Made by a program: the position numbers and the translations under genes
DNA from: an uncultured Candidatus Saccharibacteria bacterium
GTDB taxonomy: Bacteria; Patescibacteriota; Minisyncoccia; Phycocordibacterales; PALSA-1337
Assembly: GCA_964416985.1 (NCBI GenBank)
Contig: CAYQFS010000001.1
Coordinates: forward strand, 83,413 to 147,412
Direction of reading: 5' to 3'
Length of the DNA: 64,000 bases
The notes under the pieces: model-generated
What the model was told of the DNA's origin: nothing
The model's database searches: none
What the model saw: the letters and a program-made list of their open reading frames with translations, nothing else
Shown here: positions 19,812 through 27,761 of the stretch, one piece after another
How positions within the stretch are numbered: position 1 is the first letter of the stretch
How the letters are laid out: each line of letters starts with the position of its first letter

Positions 19812-20432
19812 ATGACACACAACAAAGAACCGCATCCAAAGAACGAAAGAACGCTCGTTATTATAAAACCTGACGGAATACAGAGAACCCTCATCGGAGA
19901 AATAATTTCTCGTTATGAAAGGGTCGGCCTTAAACTCGTTGGAATCAAGATGGTTATTCCCACAAAGACCCAGGCCGAGAAGCATTATACCCTCGACCCA
20001 AACTGGCTCCTTAGTGTTGGAGAAAAAAATCTGAGGGCGTACAAGGAAAAAGGACTCAAGGCTCCCTTTGATAATGCTCTCGATCAAGGAAATGCGATTT
20101 TGAAGAAACTCATTACCTACTTGAGCTCGGGTCCGGTCATTCCCATGGTTTGGCAGGGGGCCCATGCTGTAAAAATTGTCAGAAAAATCACTGGAGGAAC
20201 GGAGCCACTCACGACTGATGTCGGAACTATTCGAGGAGACTTTGTTCTTGATTCGTATGAAATTTCAGACAACTATGTTCGAGCCTTAAGGAATCTTGTT
20301 CATGCTTCGGGATCTGTTTCTGAAGCTGAAGCAGAGATCAAGCACTGGTTTTCTCCTGATGAAATTGCAAAGTACACTCATTTCCAGGAGAAAATTCTCT
20401 ACGATGTCAATCTCGACGGAATCCTCGAATAG
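19812..20432 (+). CDS. ndk: nucleoside diphosphate kinase with ~40-50-aa internal insertion
   Basis: ERTLVIIKPDGIQR... and NLVHASGS (catalytic His). 206 aa versus the typical ~140. Confidence 0.85.
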   Translation: MTHNKEPHPKNERTLVIIKPDGIQRTLIGEIISRYERVGLKLVGIKMVIPTKTQAEKHYTLDPNWLLSVGEKNLRAYKEKGLKAPFDNALDQGNAILKKLITYLSSGPVIPMVWQGAHAVKIVRKITGGTEPLTTDVGTIRGDFVLDSYEISDNYVRALRNLVHASGSVSEAEAEIKHWFSPDEIAKYTHFQEKILYDVNLDGILE

Positions 20433-20669
20433 TTCTCTATTTAGTTTTGCACTTGTATTCAAAATTAGGAGTTTTATAATGAATACAGGTTACTTGAGTA
20501 TTAACTCTATAACTTTTTATTTGGGATGCCAACGAATCCTCGCGATTCACATTAGACAGCACCTTGGTGTTTGTCTTGAGGTAACCCACCTAGTAACATA
20601 CTAGGCTTGATACTCATGTAACCTAACGAAGACGCCTGCCAGAAAACTCTGTGCAGGTGTTTTTGTTAG

Positions 20670-21101
20670 ATGTTTTTGTGGGGTGATTACGATATAATGT
20701 GGAGCATGAATGAAAAGATGAACAAAGCATACATTCCAACCCTCATTATTCTCGTTCTTCTTTTTATCCTCCATTACTGCGGTAATAATTTCTATTTTTA
20801 CGTTCGCTACCCAGGTTTTGATGTTCTCATGCATGTTCTTGGGGGAGTTGCTATTGCTCTTTCTCTATACTGGTTCCAGGTGACATTTCTCAAGAATACA
20901 TTTTTCGGAAGGAATCTCTGGACCATTATTTTCCTTACTCTCATTGCTGGTTTTGCTTGGGAGTGGTTCGAGGCGTACTACGATATTGCCGGAGCAAAAG
21001 TGGGGACTCATGCGTATAGCATTGATGCCGCCAAGGATCTCATCGATGATACATTCGGTGCACTTATAGTCTATTTCGTACTTCTTAGAAAGAAAAAATA
21101 A
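20670..21101 (+). CDS. hypothetical integral membrane protein
   Basis: 143 aa with 4 predicted TM helices. Confidence 0.5.
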   Translation: MFLWGDYDIMWSMNEKMNKAYIPTLIILVLLFILHYCGNNFYFYVRYPGFDVLMHVLGGVAIALSLYWFQVTFLKNTFFGRNLWTIIFLTLIAGFAWEWFEAYYDIAGAKVGTHAYSIDAAKDLIDDTFGALIVYFVLLRKKK

Positions 21102-21102
21102 C

Positions 21103-22458
21103 ATGTCAGCACAGATTACTTTTTGGAGTGGAATAGGGAGCGTTACGGGAGCGAATTTTCTCGTAGAGTTTGGGTCGACAAGAGTTCTTGTTGACTGTGG
21201 ACTTATCCAGGGAGACAAGGTGGCCATGCGGGACAACCGTGAGCCTTTTGGCTACGATCCTTCATCGATCGAAATTCTTTTCATTACTCATGCCCACCTC
21301 GACCATGTAGGGAGAATTCCAAAACTCGTCAAAGAAGGATTCAATGGAGTCATTTACTCGACTCCTGAGACCATGGCCCTCGCTGAGCTCATTCTCGAAG
21401 ATGCAGTGAGTCTCCTTGATAAAGAAGCTAGAGAGGAAGGGGTTTTGCCAATGTATGAAGTTCAGGATTTTCGAAAGGCGATGAGCCTATGGAAAACTAT
21501 TCCATATCACACTGAAACCCAGATCAAGAATTTTTCTGTATATTTGAAGGATGCTGGGCACATTCTCGGATCATCGATGTTCCAGTTTTCTTTTGAAGGC
21601 AAGAAAATAGTATTTACCGGTGATCTTGGGAACAGTCCGACACCTCTTCTCAAAGACACAGAGTCGATCGAGGGTGCAAACTATGTAGTCATGGAAAGTG
21701 TTTATGGAGATAGAAACCATGAATCAAAAGATGAAAGATCAGAGAAATTTAAGAAAATAATTATCGATACAATTTCCCGTGGAGGCACCTTGGTCATTCC
21801 GGCCTTTTCTCTTGAAAGGACCCAGGTAATTATTTATGAAATTAATAAACTTGTTGAGACGAGGGCCATTCCCTCGGTTCCGGTTTATATAGATTCTCCT
21901 CTGGCAACTCGGGTGACTGATGTTTACAAGGGAAGCACCCATCTTTTTAATGAAAAGGCACAGGCAGAAATAAAAGCAGGGGACGATCTCTTCAATTTTC
22001 CACGACTCATGTATACAGCGAGCGTAGAAGAATCTCGAGAGATTGATCATTCAAAACAGTCAAAAATTATCATTGCCGGTTCGGGTATGTCGATCGGAGG
22101 GCGGGTTCGTCACCATGAGCAAGTATATTTGCCCGATCCAAACAGTACTATTCTTCTTGTTGGGTACCAGACTCTGGGAAGCGTCGGGAGATATCTTCTT
22201 GATGGGGCAAAAAAAGTGGTCATTGATAAAGGAGAAGTTCATGTCAAAGCGCATATCGAATCGATTCTCGGTTTCTCATCTCACAAAGATTCAGATCATC
22301 TCGTAGAGTTTGCAGCAACAGCCCAAAAATCAGCAAAAACTATTTTTGTAGCAATGGGGGAGCCGAAAGCGTCAACATTTCTTGCTCAAAGAATACGAAA
22401 TGAGGCAGGTGTGAAAGCAGTCTGTCCGGAGAGGGGAGTACCGTATGAGTTGAAGTAA
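21103..22458 (+). CDS. beta-CASP family MBL-fold ribonuclease (RNase J / CPSF-like)
   Basis: The metallo-beta-lactamase motif HxHxDH (ITHAHLDHVG) is followed by beta-CASP region motifs. 451 aa. Confidence 0.8.
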   Translation: MSAQITFWSGIGSVTGANFLVEFGSTRVLVDCGLIQGDKVAMRDNREPFGYDPSSIEILFITHAHLDHVGRIPKLVKEGFNGVIYSTPETMALAELILEDAVSLLDKEAREEGVLPMYEVQDFRKAMSLWKTIPYHTETQIKNFSVYLKDAGHILGSSMFQFSFEGKKIVFTGDLGNSPTPLLKDTESIEGANYVVMESVYGDRNHESKDERSEKFKKIIIDTISRGGTLVIPAFSLERTQVIIYEINKLVETRAIPSVPVYIDSPLATRVTDVYKGSTHLFNEKAQAEIKAGDDLFNFPRLMYTASVEESREIDHSKQSKIIIAGSGMSIGGRVRHHEQVYLPDPNSTILLVGYQTLGSVGRYLLDGAKKVVIDKGEVHVKAHIESILGFSSHKDSDHLVEFAATAQKSAKTIFVAMGEPKASTFLAQRIRNEAGVKAVCPERGVPYELK

Positions 22459-22460
22459 AC

Positions 22461-22487
22461 AAAAAACCGGCAGATACCGGTTTTTTG
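22461..22487. terminator. bidirectional rho-independent terminator between the beta-CASP RNase gene and rplT
   Basis: AACCGG-cagata-CCGGTT hairpin flanked by A6 and T6. Confidence 0.6.
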
Positions 22488-22505
22488 TACTTTATCGTTT
22501 CCTTT

Positions 22506-22856
22506 TTACGAAACCTTCTCTACGATCTTCTTGAAAGCCTCTGGATTTGTATCAGCGAGAGTTGAGAGGATCTTTCGGTCGATGACAATGTTTGCTTTCT
22601 TGAGGTTTCCGATGAACTTGCTATATGAGTTCTTTGGGTCAATTGCTCGGAGAGCGGCATTGATTCGGACATTCCAGAGTCGGCGATAATCACCCTTCTT
22701 GTCTCGTCGGTGAGCAAATGCAGAAGCACCAGCGTGTGAGATAGCTTCATAAGCTGCTCGCTCGTTTGTTGATCGGCGAAAACGATAGCCTTTTACTTGC
22801 TTGAGTATATTTCTTCGGGTTTTGAGAGCGTGAACTCCTTTCTTAACGCGTGACAT
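22506..22856 (-). CDS. rplT: 50S ribosomal protein L20
   Basis: MSRVKKGVHALKTRRNILKQVKGYR... matches L20. Confidence 0.93.
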   Translation of the reverse strand: MSRVKKGVHALKTRRNILKQVKGYRFRRSTNERAAYEAISHAGASAFAHRRDKKGDYRRLWNVRINAALRAIDPKNSYSKFIGNLKKANIVIDRKILSTLADTNPEAFKKIVEKVS

Positions 22857-22874
22857 GGTGGTGAATTAAATTAA

Positions 22875-23063
22875 TTATGCATTTACTAAAAATCGGCTCT
22901 TCTCCTTGTTGGTCATATGGAAGGGAACCTTTGCGTTCTTCTTGTGAAGCTGTGAACGTCGGCTTTCCTTTGAATTGAAATGGTTCTGGCCTGTTGCACG
23001 CGCAAGAATCTTACCATTCTTGGTAACCTTGAGGCGCTTTAAATATGATTTGTTTGATTTCAT
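22875..23063 (-). CDS. rpmI: 50S ribosomal protein L35
   Basis: 62 aa basic protein in the infC-rpmI-rplT arrangement. Confidence 0.85.
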   Translation of the reverse strand: MKSNKSYLKRLKVTKNGKILARATGQNHFNSKESRRSQLHKKNAKVPFHMTNKEKSRFLVNA

Positions 23064-23064
23064 G

Positions 23065-23577
23065 TTATTTCTTTTCGATAATTGCGGTCAGTCCCTTGAG
23101 GCTCTTTGTTGGCGGGCTTGAGATCTTGAACTCAGTCGTGATGAGCTTCAGTATTCGTTCCATTCGTTCCTTAAGGAAGTTCTGGTCCATGTACTTTGAT
23201 CGTCCGATGAGGAAGAGGTCTATTTTGACGCGATTTCCTTCGGAGAGCCATTCTGAGGCCTTCTTTGCCTTGAGCTCAAGATCGTGCTCTCCCGTGCCTA
23301 TTTTGACCTGGATATTCTTTAAATCCGAGATCTGGGTTCGCGCTTTTGCCACTTTCTGCTTCTTCTTTTCGTCGTACTGAAATTTACCATAATCCATGAT
23401 TTTTGCAACCGGAGGGACTGCGGTAGGGGAGATTTCGATAAGATCGAGATTTCGAGCCCTAGCTTCCTTGAATGCTTGTTCAAGGCTTATAACGCCGAGG
23501 TTTTCACCGGCATCAGTAATAACCCTTAGCTGGGGCGACTTTATGAAGTTGTTGATGCGTACTCGTGCTGTGCTCAA
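23065..23577 (-). CDS. infC: translation initiation factor IF-3 (TTG start)
   Basis: 170 aa, IF3 N- and C-domain motifs. A non-AUG start codon, as is common for infC. Confidence 0.9.
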   Translation of the reverse strand: MSTARVRINNFIKSPQLRVITDAGENLGVISLEQAFKEARARNLDLIEISPTAVPPVAKIMDYGKFQYDEKKKQKVAKARTQISDLKNIQVKIGTGEHDLELKAKKASEWLSEGNRVKIDLFLIGRSKYMDQNFLKERMERILKLITTEFKISSPPTKSLKGLTAIIEKK

Positions 23578-23595
23578 TGAGCCCTATTTATAGCA

Positions 23596-24696
23596 TTAAA
23601 GGAACTTTCTGACAAGTCGTATAAGCATTTCTGGTATTTTCTCGATAAATGAGCGTTTTCGCCATTCCAGAAGCTTCACTTCTCTTGAATTTTGTATGTC
23701 ATGAATGAAATGGGACTCGAGCTCTTCCGCGAACTTTCCATTTCTTGTTACGATATTTGCCTCGAAGTTGTAGAGCAGACTCAAGCGATCAAGATTTAAA
23801 GTTCCCACTGTTGCCCAGTCGCCGTCAATGACTGCTGTCTTGCTGTGCATGTTATTGTCTTGATACAGGAAAATACGGATGCCGGATGAGAGAAGTGTTT
23901 CAAAGTATGACCGAGCGCCAAAGTCGAGAGTGGGGTATTTGTCAGATTTTTCAGGAAGGAGAATGCGAACGTCGACTCCTCGATGAGCGGCGAGCTTTAG
24001 AACACGGATTAGTCTGTGTGTCGGCACGAGAAAGGGGGTAGCGATGTAGATAAATTTTCGTGCAGAACGAATAGCACTCACGAGTTCGGCATAGATGTGC
24101 CTTCGGCCAGGGGCAGGGTAGTTTGTAATGTAGCGAAAGGCTACATCACGTGCAAATTTTCTTTTAGGGAGGTTCTTCATTCCTTTTGCCCGGCCCCACA
24201 TGCGGTCGAAAGCATTTACCATTTCCTTGACCACCGGTCCCTCGAGGCGGAGGTTAGTATCCCTCCAATTCACACTGCTTTTTCTGATACAGATACTTCC
24301 TGTGTAGCCAATTTTTTCATCGATAACAATTGTCCTTCGGTGGTTTCTGAGAAACCACGAGCGGTAGTTTGGTACTTTAAAATATGCTGGAATGAGAGTC
24401 TTCCAGAAGACAAGCTCGATCCCTTTTTTCTTGAGGTCGTCGGCAATATTTGATCCCCAGAAGGTAAAACTTCCCGCCGCATCCCAAAGAAATCGAACCT
24501 TTACACCCTTTGCCGCCCGCTCGCTGCAGATGTCGATGAGCTTGTTTCCAAAGTCATCCGCTACAAAGATGAATTGTTCAAGACAGATGCTTTTTTCGGC
24601 CTTGGCGCAATCTGCAAGGAGGGAATCCCAGGCTTCTTCGTTTGTGGTATAGAGATTAAAGTGTGTTTCTTCTGACATGTCTCTACAGAATATCAT
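23596..24696 (-). CDS. phospholipase D family protein / cardiolipin synthase-like
   Basis: Two PLD HKD motifs: a degenerate first (NHRRTIVID) and a canonical second (HSKTAVIDG...GTLNLD). No TM segments. Confidence 0.75.
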   Translation of the reverse strand: MIFCRDMSEETHFNLYTTNEEAWDSLLADCAKAEKSICLEQFIFVADDFGNKLIDICSERAAKGVKVRFLWDAAGSFTFWGSNIADDLKKKGIELVFWKTLIPAYFKVPNYRSWFLRNHRRTIVIDEKIGYTGSICIRKSSVNWRDTNLRLEGPVVKEMVNAFDRMWGRAKGMKNLPKRKFARDVAFRYITNYPAPGRRHIYAELVSAIRSARKFIYIATPFLVPTHRLIRVLKLAAHRGVDVRILLPEKSDKYPTLDFGARSYFETLLSSGIRIFLYQDNNMHSKTAVIDGDWATVGTLNLDRLSLLYNFEANIVTRNGKFAEELESHFIHDIQNSREVKLLEWRKRSFIEKIPEMLIRLVRKFL

Positions 24697-24971
24697 ATAT
24701 TCGACTTGATGATATGGTGTATACTATACCCATGAACGGAGCCGTTTCAGTCATCGAATTTCTCGTTACCATCGCTATCGCCCTCATTCCTGTAGGAATT
24801 GTCCTTGGAGTTGTCACTGCTATTAGGGCCACCAACGAAGAAACAGAAAAAAAGAAGAAAAGGCTCATTCGTCGGATGTGCATCTACTTCGCGTTTCCTT
24901 TTGTCCTCCTTCTCATGATCGTGGCAGTCTGGGGATTGTTTATCTTTCTCGCGAACAGATTTATCCTGTAG
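24663..24971 (+). CDS. small membrane protein (2 TM)
   Basis: A 102-aa ORF with two hydrophobic helices separated by an EETEKKKKR loop. The true start is likely Met-18 (nt 24714) or later, since the 5' end overlaps the cls start. Confidence 0.4.
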   Translation: MFLLTCLYRISYIRLDDMVYTIPMNGAVSVIEFLVTIAIALIPVGIVLGVVTAIRATNEETEKKKKRLIRRMCIYFAFPFVLLLMIVAVWGLFIFLANRFIL

Positions 24972-24980
24972 AATATTCTT

Positions 24981-25178
24981 ATGAACGAATCGAAAGATAT
25001 TATATTTGATGACATTCCAGCCCGGGCAGAGCTCGCCCAAGACGGAGAATGCTTCCATGTTTCTGTTTTCTCACGAGAGACTGGAAATGAGCTCGTCCAA
25101 GGGAGCACTCTTCAGTCAATTTCCTTTGACACGGAAAATGAGGCGAGGGATTATTTCGACGGTCTTGGCAAAATTTAA
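24981..25178 (+). CDS. small acidic hypothetical protein
   Basis: 65 aa, highly acidic (D/E-rich), co-directional with the flanking small ORFs. Confidence 0.3.
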   Translation: MNESKDIIFDDIPARAELAQDGECFHVSVFSRETGNELVQGSTLQSISFDTENEARDYFDGLGKI

Positions 25179-25193
25179 TTTTTAACTATTTAT

Positions 25194-25292
25194 ATGGAAA
25201 ATATTGGCTACCTAGTTCTCATCGGAATCTTCATCTATGTGTTTTATGGGCCACATATGGGAGGAGGGGGTGATAAGAAGGGGAAGAAGTAG
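25194..25292 (+). CDS. putative 32-aa single-TM micropeptide
   Basis: MENIGYLVLIGIFIYVFYGPHMGGGGDKKGKK*, read directly from the sequence. Below the ORF-track cutoff. No obvious SD. Confidence 0.2.
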   Translation: MENIGYLVLIGIFIYVFYGPHMGGGGDKKGKK

Positions 25293-25355
25293 ATTGGCCG
25301 TAGACAAGAAGAAAGCCGACCCATGATGGATCGGCTTACCTGAGATTTCGAAGAG

Positions 25356-26147
25356 TCAGGGTTTCGGAAGGAGGATGTCCTCGACACTTTTCCTTATTGT
25401 CGGCCACCGCGAGAGTAGTTGAACTAGTTGCAGTTGCTGTTCTGGTGTTGCTTCAGATTTGTAGCCGATTGTCTCAACCCATTTCCAGAACGCCCCCTGA
25501 AGCAGGGGCAAGAAGTCCTGATTGCAAAAAAGGAACAGAGAGCATTTCTCTCGGACTTCTGCAACGGATTTTGCTCCCATTCCCTGAATTTGTTGAAGCG
25601 TCCGTGGTGACAACACACATACCTGCCAGACATACTCGAAGTTTCCTCGACAGAGGCAGTTGGCGGCACGTGACTGTAATTCCAATTCATTTACCGATGA
25701 TGCAAGTAGCGTTGCCACACCGTTAATCGTGTTTTTGTTAATGGCTAGGCCTAGGAATTTCTCGCACACTATTCTTCCCATAATCTCTGGTCGACAGTGT
25801 GAATGAAGTCCGGCATCACATCCCGCCTCAATCATTGATTGACGATTGTCCACCCGGCAGCTCACTGCAACCATCTTTAAGTTTGGGTTTTTTTGTCTCA
25901 CTGAGCTAATGATCTGTCGGACTTCCTGTTCTGAAAATCCCAAATCCCAGACAATGAGTATGACGTCGTAGCAAGCCTCCCTGATCTGATTAATGAGGCT
26001 CGCTATTTTTTCATGAGCGTCGCACTTGAACAGTTCAGTCTGACAGCGTTCATCATTGCCAACAGCCGACATCACTTTTTGACTACAGTCCTCTTCCTGT
26101 CCTACAGAGAAATGCCTTAGGCTAACTACTAAAATCTTCTTTTCCAT
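25356..26147 (-). CDS. Cys-rich protein: degenerate CheY-like receiver domain fused to RNA polymerase alpha-subunit C-terminal-domain-like HhH domain
   Basis: N-terminal segment with receiver-like spacing: KILVVS, then YDVILIVWDLGF (Asp at the phospho-acceptor position), then KMVAVSC. C-terminal segment: LELQSRAANCLCRGNFEYVWQVCVLSPRTLQQIQGMGAKSVAEVREK aligns with E. coli alpha-CTD [48 protein letters not shown]. 16 Cys in 263 aa. Confidence 0.6.
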   Translation of the reverse strand: MEKKILVVSLRHFSVGQEEDCSQKVMSAVGNDERCQTELFKCDAHEKIASLINQIREACYDVILIVWDLGFSEQEVRQIISSVRQKNPNLKMVAVSCRVDNRQSMIEAGCDAGLHSHCRPEIMGRIVCEKFLGLAINKNTINGVATLLASSVNELELQSRAANCLCRGNFEYVWQVCVLSPRTLQQIQGMGAKSVAEVREKCSLFLFCNQDFLPLLQGAFWKWVETIGYKSEATPEQQLQLVQLLSRWPTIRKSVEDILLPKP

Positions 26148-26259
26148 AGAAGTCTCCTTTCAACGAACATTCGCATAGTGCTCGTAAGAGCGGTTGAAGC
26201 CAAGCGAGGGCGAAGTAAATACTAAAACCACACTATAATAAAATAGCGTCTTTGTCAAA

Positions 26260-26675
26260 TGGTGGAGATGGGCGGAATTGAACCGCCGTGCAGTTGAAGT
26301 TTCATGATGCTTCTACAATGTGTAGCTAGCTTTAGCGAGATCTCTCTCTTTTGACCTGCATGCTTGAAAGCAAGCAAAACACATGCAGGCGATTCCCCAA
26401 GTTTCGGATTACAAGCAGGGAAGAGAATGTAATCCACGTCGGAGGTTATATCAACTCATCACAGCTTCCGATGCGAAGTGAGAGCCGTCGCCTAAGGCAG
26501 AGTTTAAGCTGCGTAAGCGAAAGCAAGGTCCTGTGTTCCAAAATATGGAGACACGAGAGACTTTACCTTTGCAACTGATGATTTTGCAGTTACGGTGTCC
26601 GTTAGTTTTAAGAGGTAACGGAACTCTACATTGCGCGGCATGAAGGGACCCCAGCTGTCGAGGCCTTTCATCCCC
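26260..26675 (-). ncRNA. ssrA: tmRNA (SsrA)
   Basis: 5' end GGGGAUGAAAGGCCUCGACAGCUGGGG (compare E. coli GGGGCUGAUUCUGGAUUCGACGGG). 3' end GGUUCAAUUCCGCCCAUCUCCACCA, with the acceptor pairing 5'-GGGGAUG with CAUCUCC-3'. Internal tag ORF ends ...LAFAYAA-UAA. smpB is immediately upstream on the same strand. Confidence 0.85.
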
Positions 26676-26711
26676 ATTCAGGGACAGTTGATTGTCCCCA
26701 TATTAAAATTG

Positions 26712-27161
26712 TTAACGATCTGAAAATTCTCTTCGAATCTCTCGGTCGGTGTCGCGCTTCCTGATGTCCTGGCGCTTATCAAATTTCTTTTTACCACGGA
26801 CAACAGCGATTTCAACCTTGATTTTCTTACCTTTATTATACAGCGAAATAGGCACTATTGTCAATCCTTTCTTTGAATCGAGTGCCGCGAGCTTTGCAAT
26901 CTCAGCTTTTGTAAGGAGAATGCGGCGATTTCTTTTTGGATCATAGGAGTCGGGAGTGTTTTTAATTTGATACGGGGCAATGCTTGCTCCAATCATGAAC
27001 GCTTCGCCACCGCGCACAGTTATGTGAGAACCGAGGAGGGAGCCCTGGTTTGTACGGAGGCTTTTGACTTCGATTCCAAGAAGCTCAATACCAGCCTCGA
27101 ATGTTTCGAGGATTTCGTAATCAAGCGACATTTTCTTGTTGTAGGCGAGTGATTCGGCCAT
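26712..27161 (-). CDS. smpB: SsrA-binding protein SmpB
   Basis: 149 aa; DYEILETFEAGIELLGIEVKSLR matches the SmpB core, with a basic C-terminal tail. Confidence 0.92.
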   Translation of the reverse strand: MAESLAYNKKMSLDYEILETFEAGIELLGIEVKSLRTNQGSLLGSHITVRGGEAFMIGASIAPYQIKNTPDSYDPKRNRRILLTKAEIAKLAALDSKKGLTIVPISLYNKGKKIKVEIAVVRGKKKFDKRQDIRKRDTDREIRREFSDR

Positions 27162-27299
27162 AATGATGACGTTCTCCAGTATACATTACTCTGACATTTC
27201 TTTCATTTTTAGTTGATTCTTGCTTTTAAAAAATAATTGCCAGACCGTGTGTGTGCCGGTCTGGCAAAAGATTCGTTCTGATGATTCAGTGATCAGTGA

Positions 27300-27563
27300 T
27301 CAGTGATTAGGGTGATACAGGTCACTTGCGAGCATGCTCGCAACTTCTGCATTACCCGTCAACACACTTGTCGTGGTTTCTCCACCAAATGCTAACGTGA
27401 TCAGCAGAATGATAATCGCGATTGCGTAACAAATCTGACGATTTATTCTTGACTTGCTCCGGCGTCGGAGACGTCGACCTTGACGTCTCCGGGAGCGCTC
27501 CATATTTGCTAAGTCAAGTGGTGTGCCAGAGTTGAAGTCTGGCGGCAGTTCATACGTTGCCAT
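27300..27563 (-). CDS. small hypothetical membrane protein
   Basis: 87 aa with an Arg-rich segment (RSRRRQGRRLRRRSKSR), then one TM helix. (TCAGTGA)x3 tandem heptamer overlapping the stop codon. Confidence 0.4.
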   Translation of the reverse strand: MATYELPPDFNSGTPLDLANMERSRRRQGRRLRRRSKSRINRQICYAIAIIILLITLAFGGETTTSVLTGNAEVASMLASDLYHPNH

Positions 27564-27733
27564 GTTTTTCCTTCCTGTGATGTTGTTACTGTTGTTTCTG
27601 ACAACATACTAGCATATTAAAGTATAATGTCAATAGGTGGTAGTATGTTTAAAAGTGGATAACAAACGTATTAAAAGATGATCATAAAAGAGCATATTTC
27701 CCTTAGGTGAGGCTATTGTAGGTAGTGTATTCA

Positions 27734-27742
27734 TGGTATAAT
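27734..27742 (+). promoter_or_regulatory. extended -10 promoter element (TGgTATAAT) for the large surface protein gene
   Basis: Perfect TGnTATAAT 20 nt upstream of ATG 27762. Confidence 0.5.
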
Positions 27743-27761
27743 TTGGTGACTGATAATAGCC

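Noticed and set aside
26255-26578. Small ORFs 26255-26437 (-) and 26351-26578 (+)
   Set aside because: They lie entirely within the tmRNA gene. The only meaningful frame there is the tmRNA tag reading frame.
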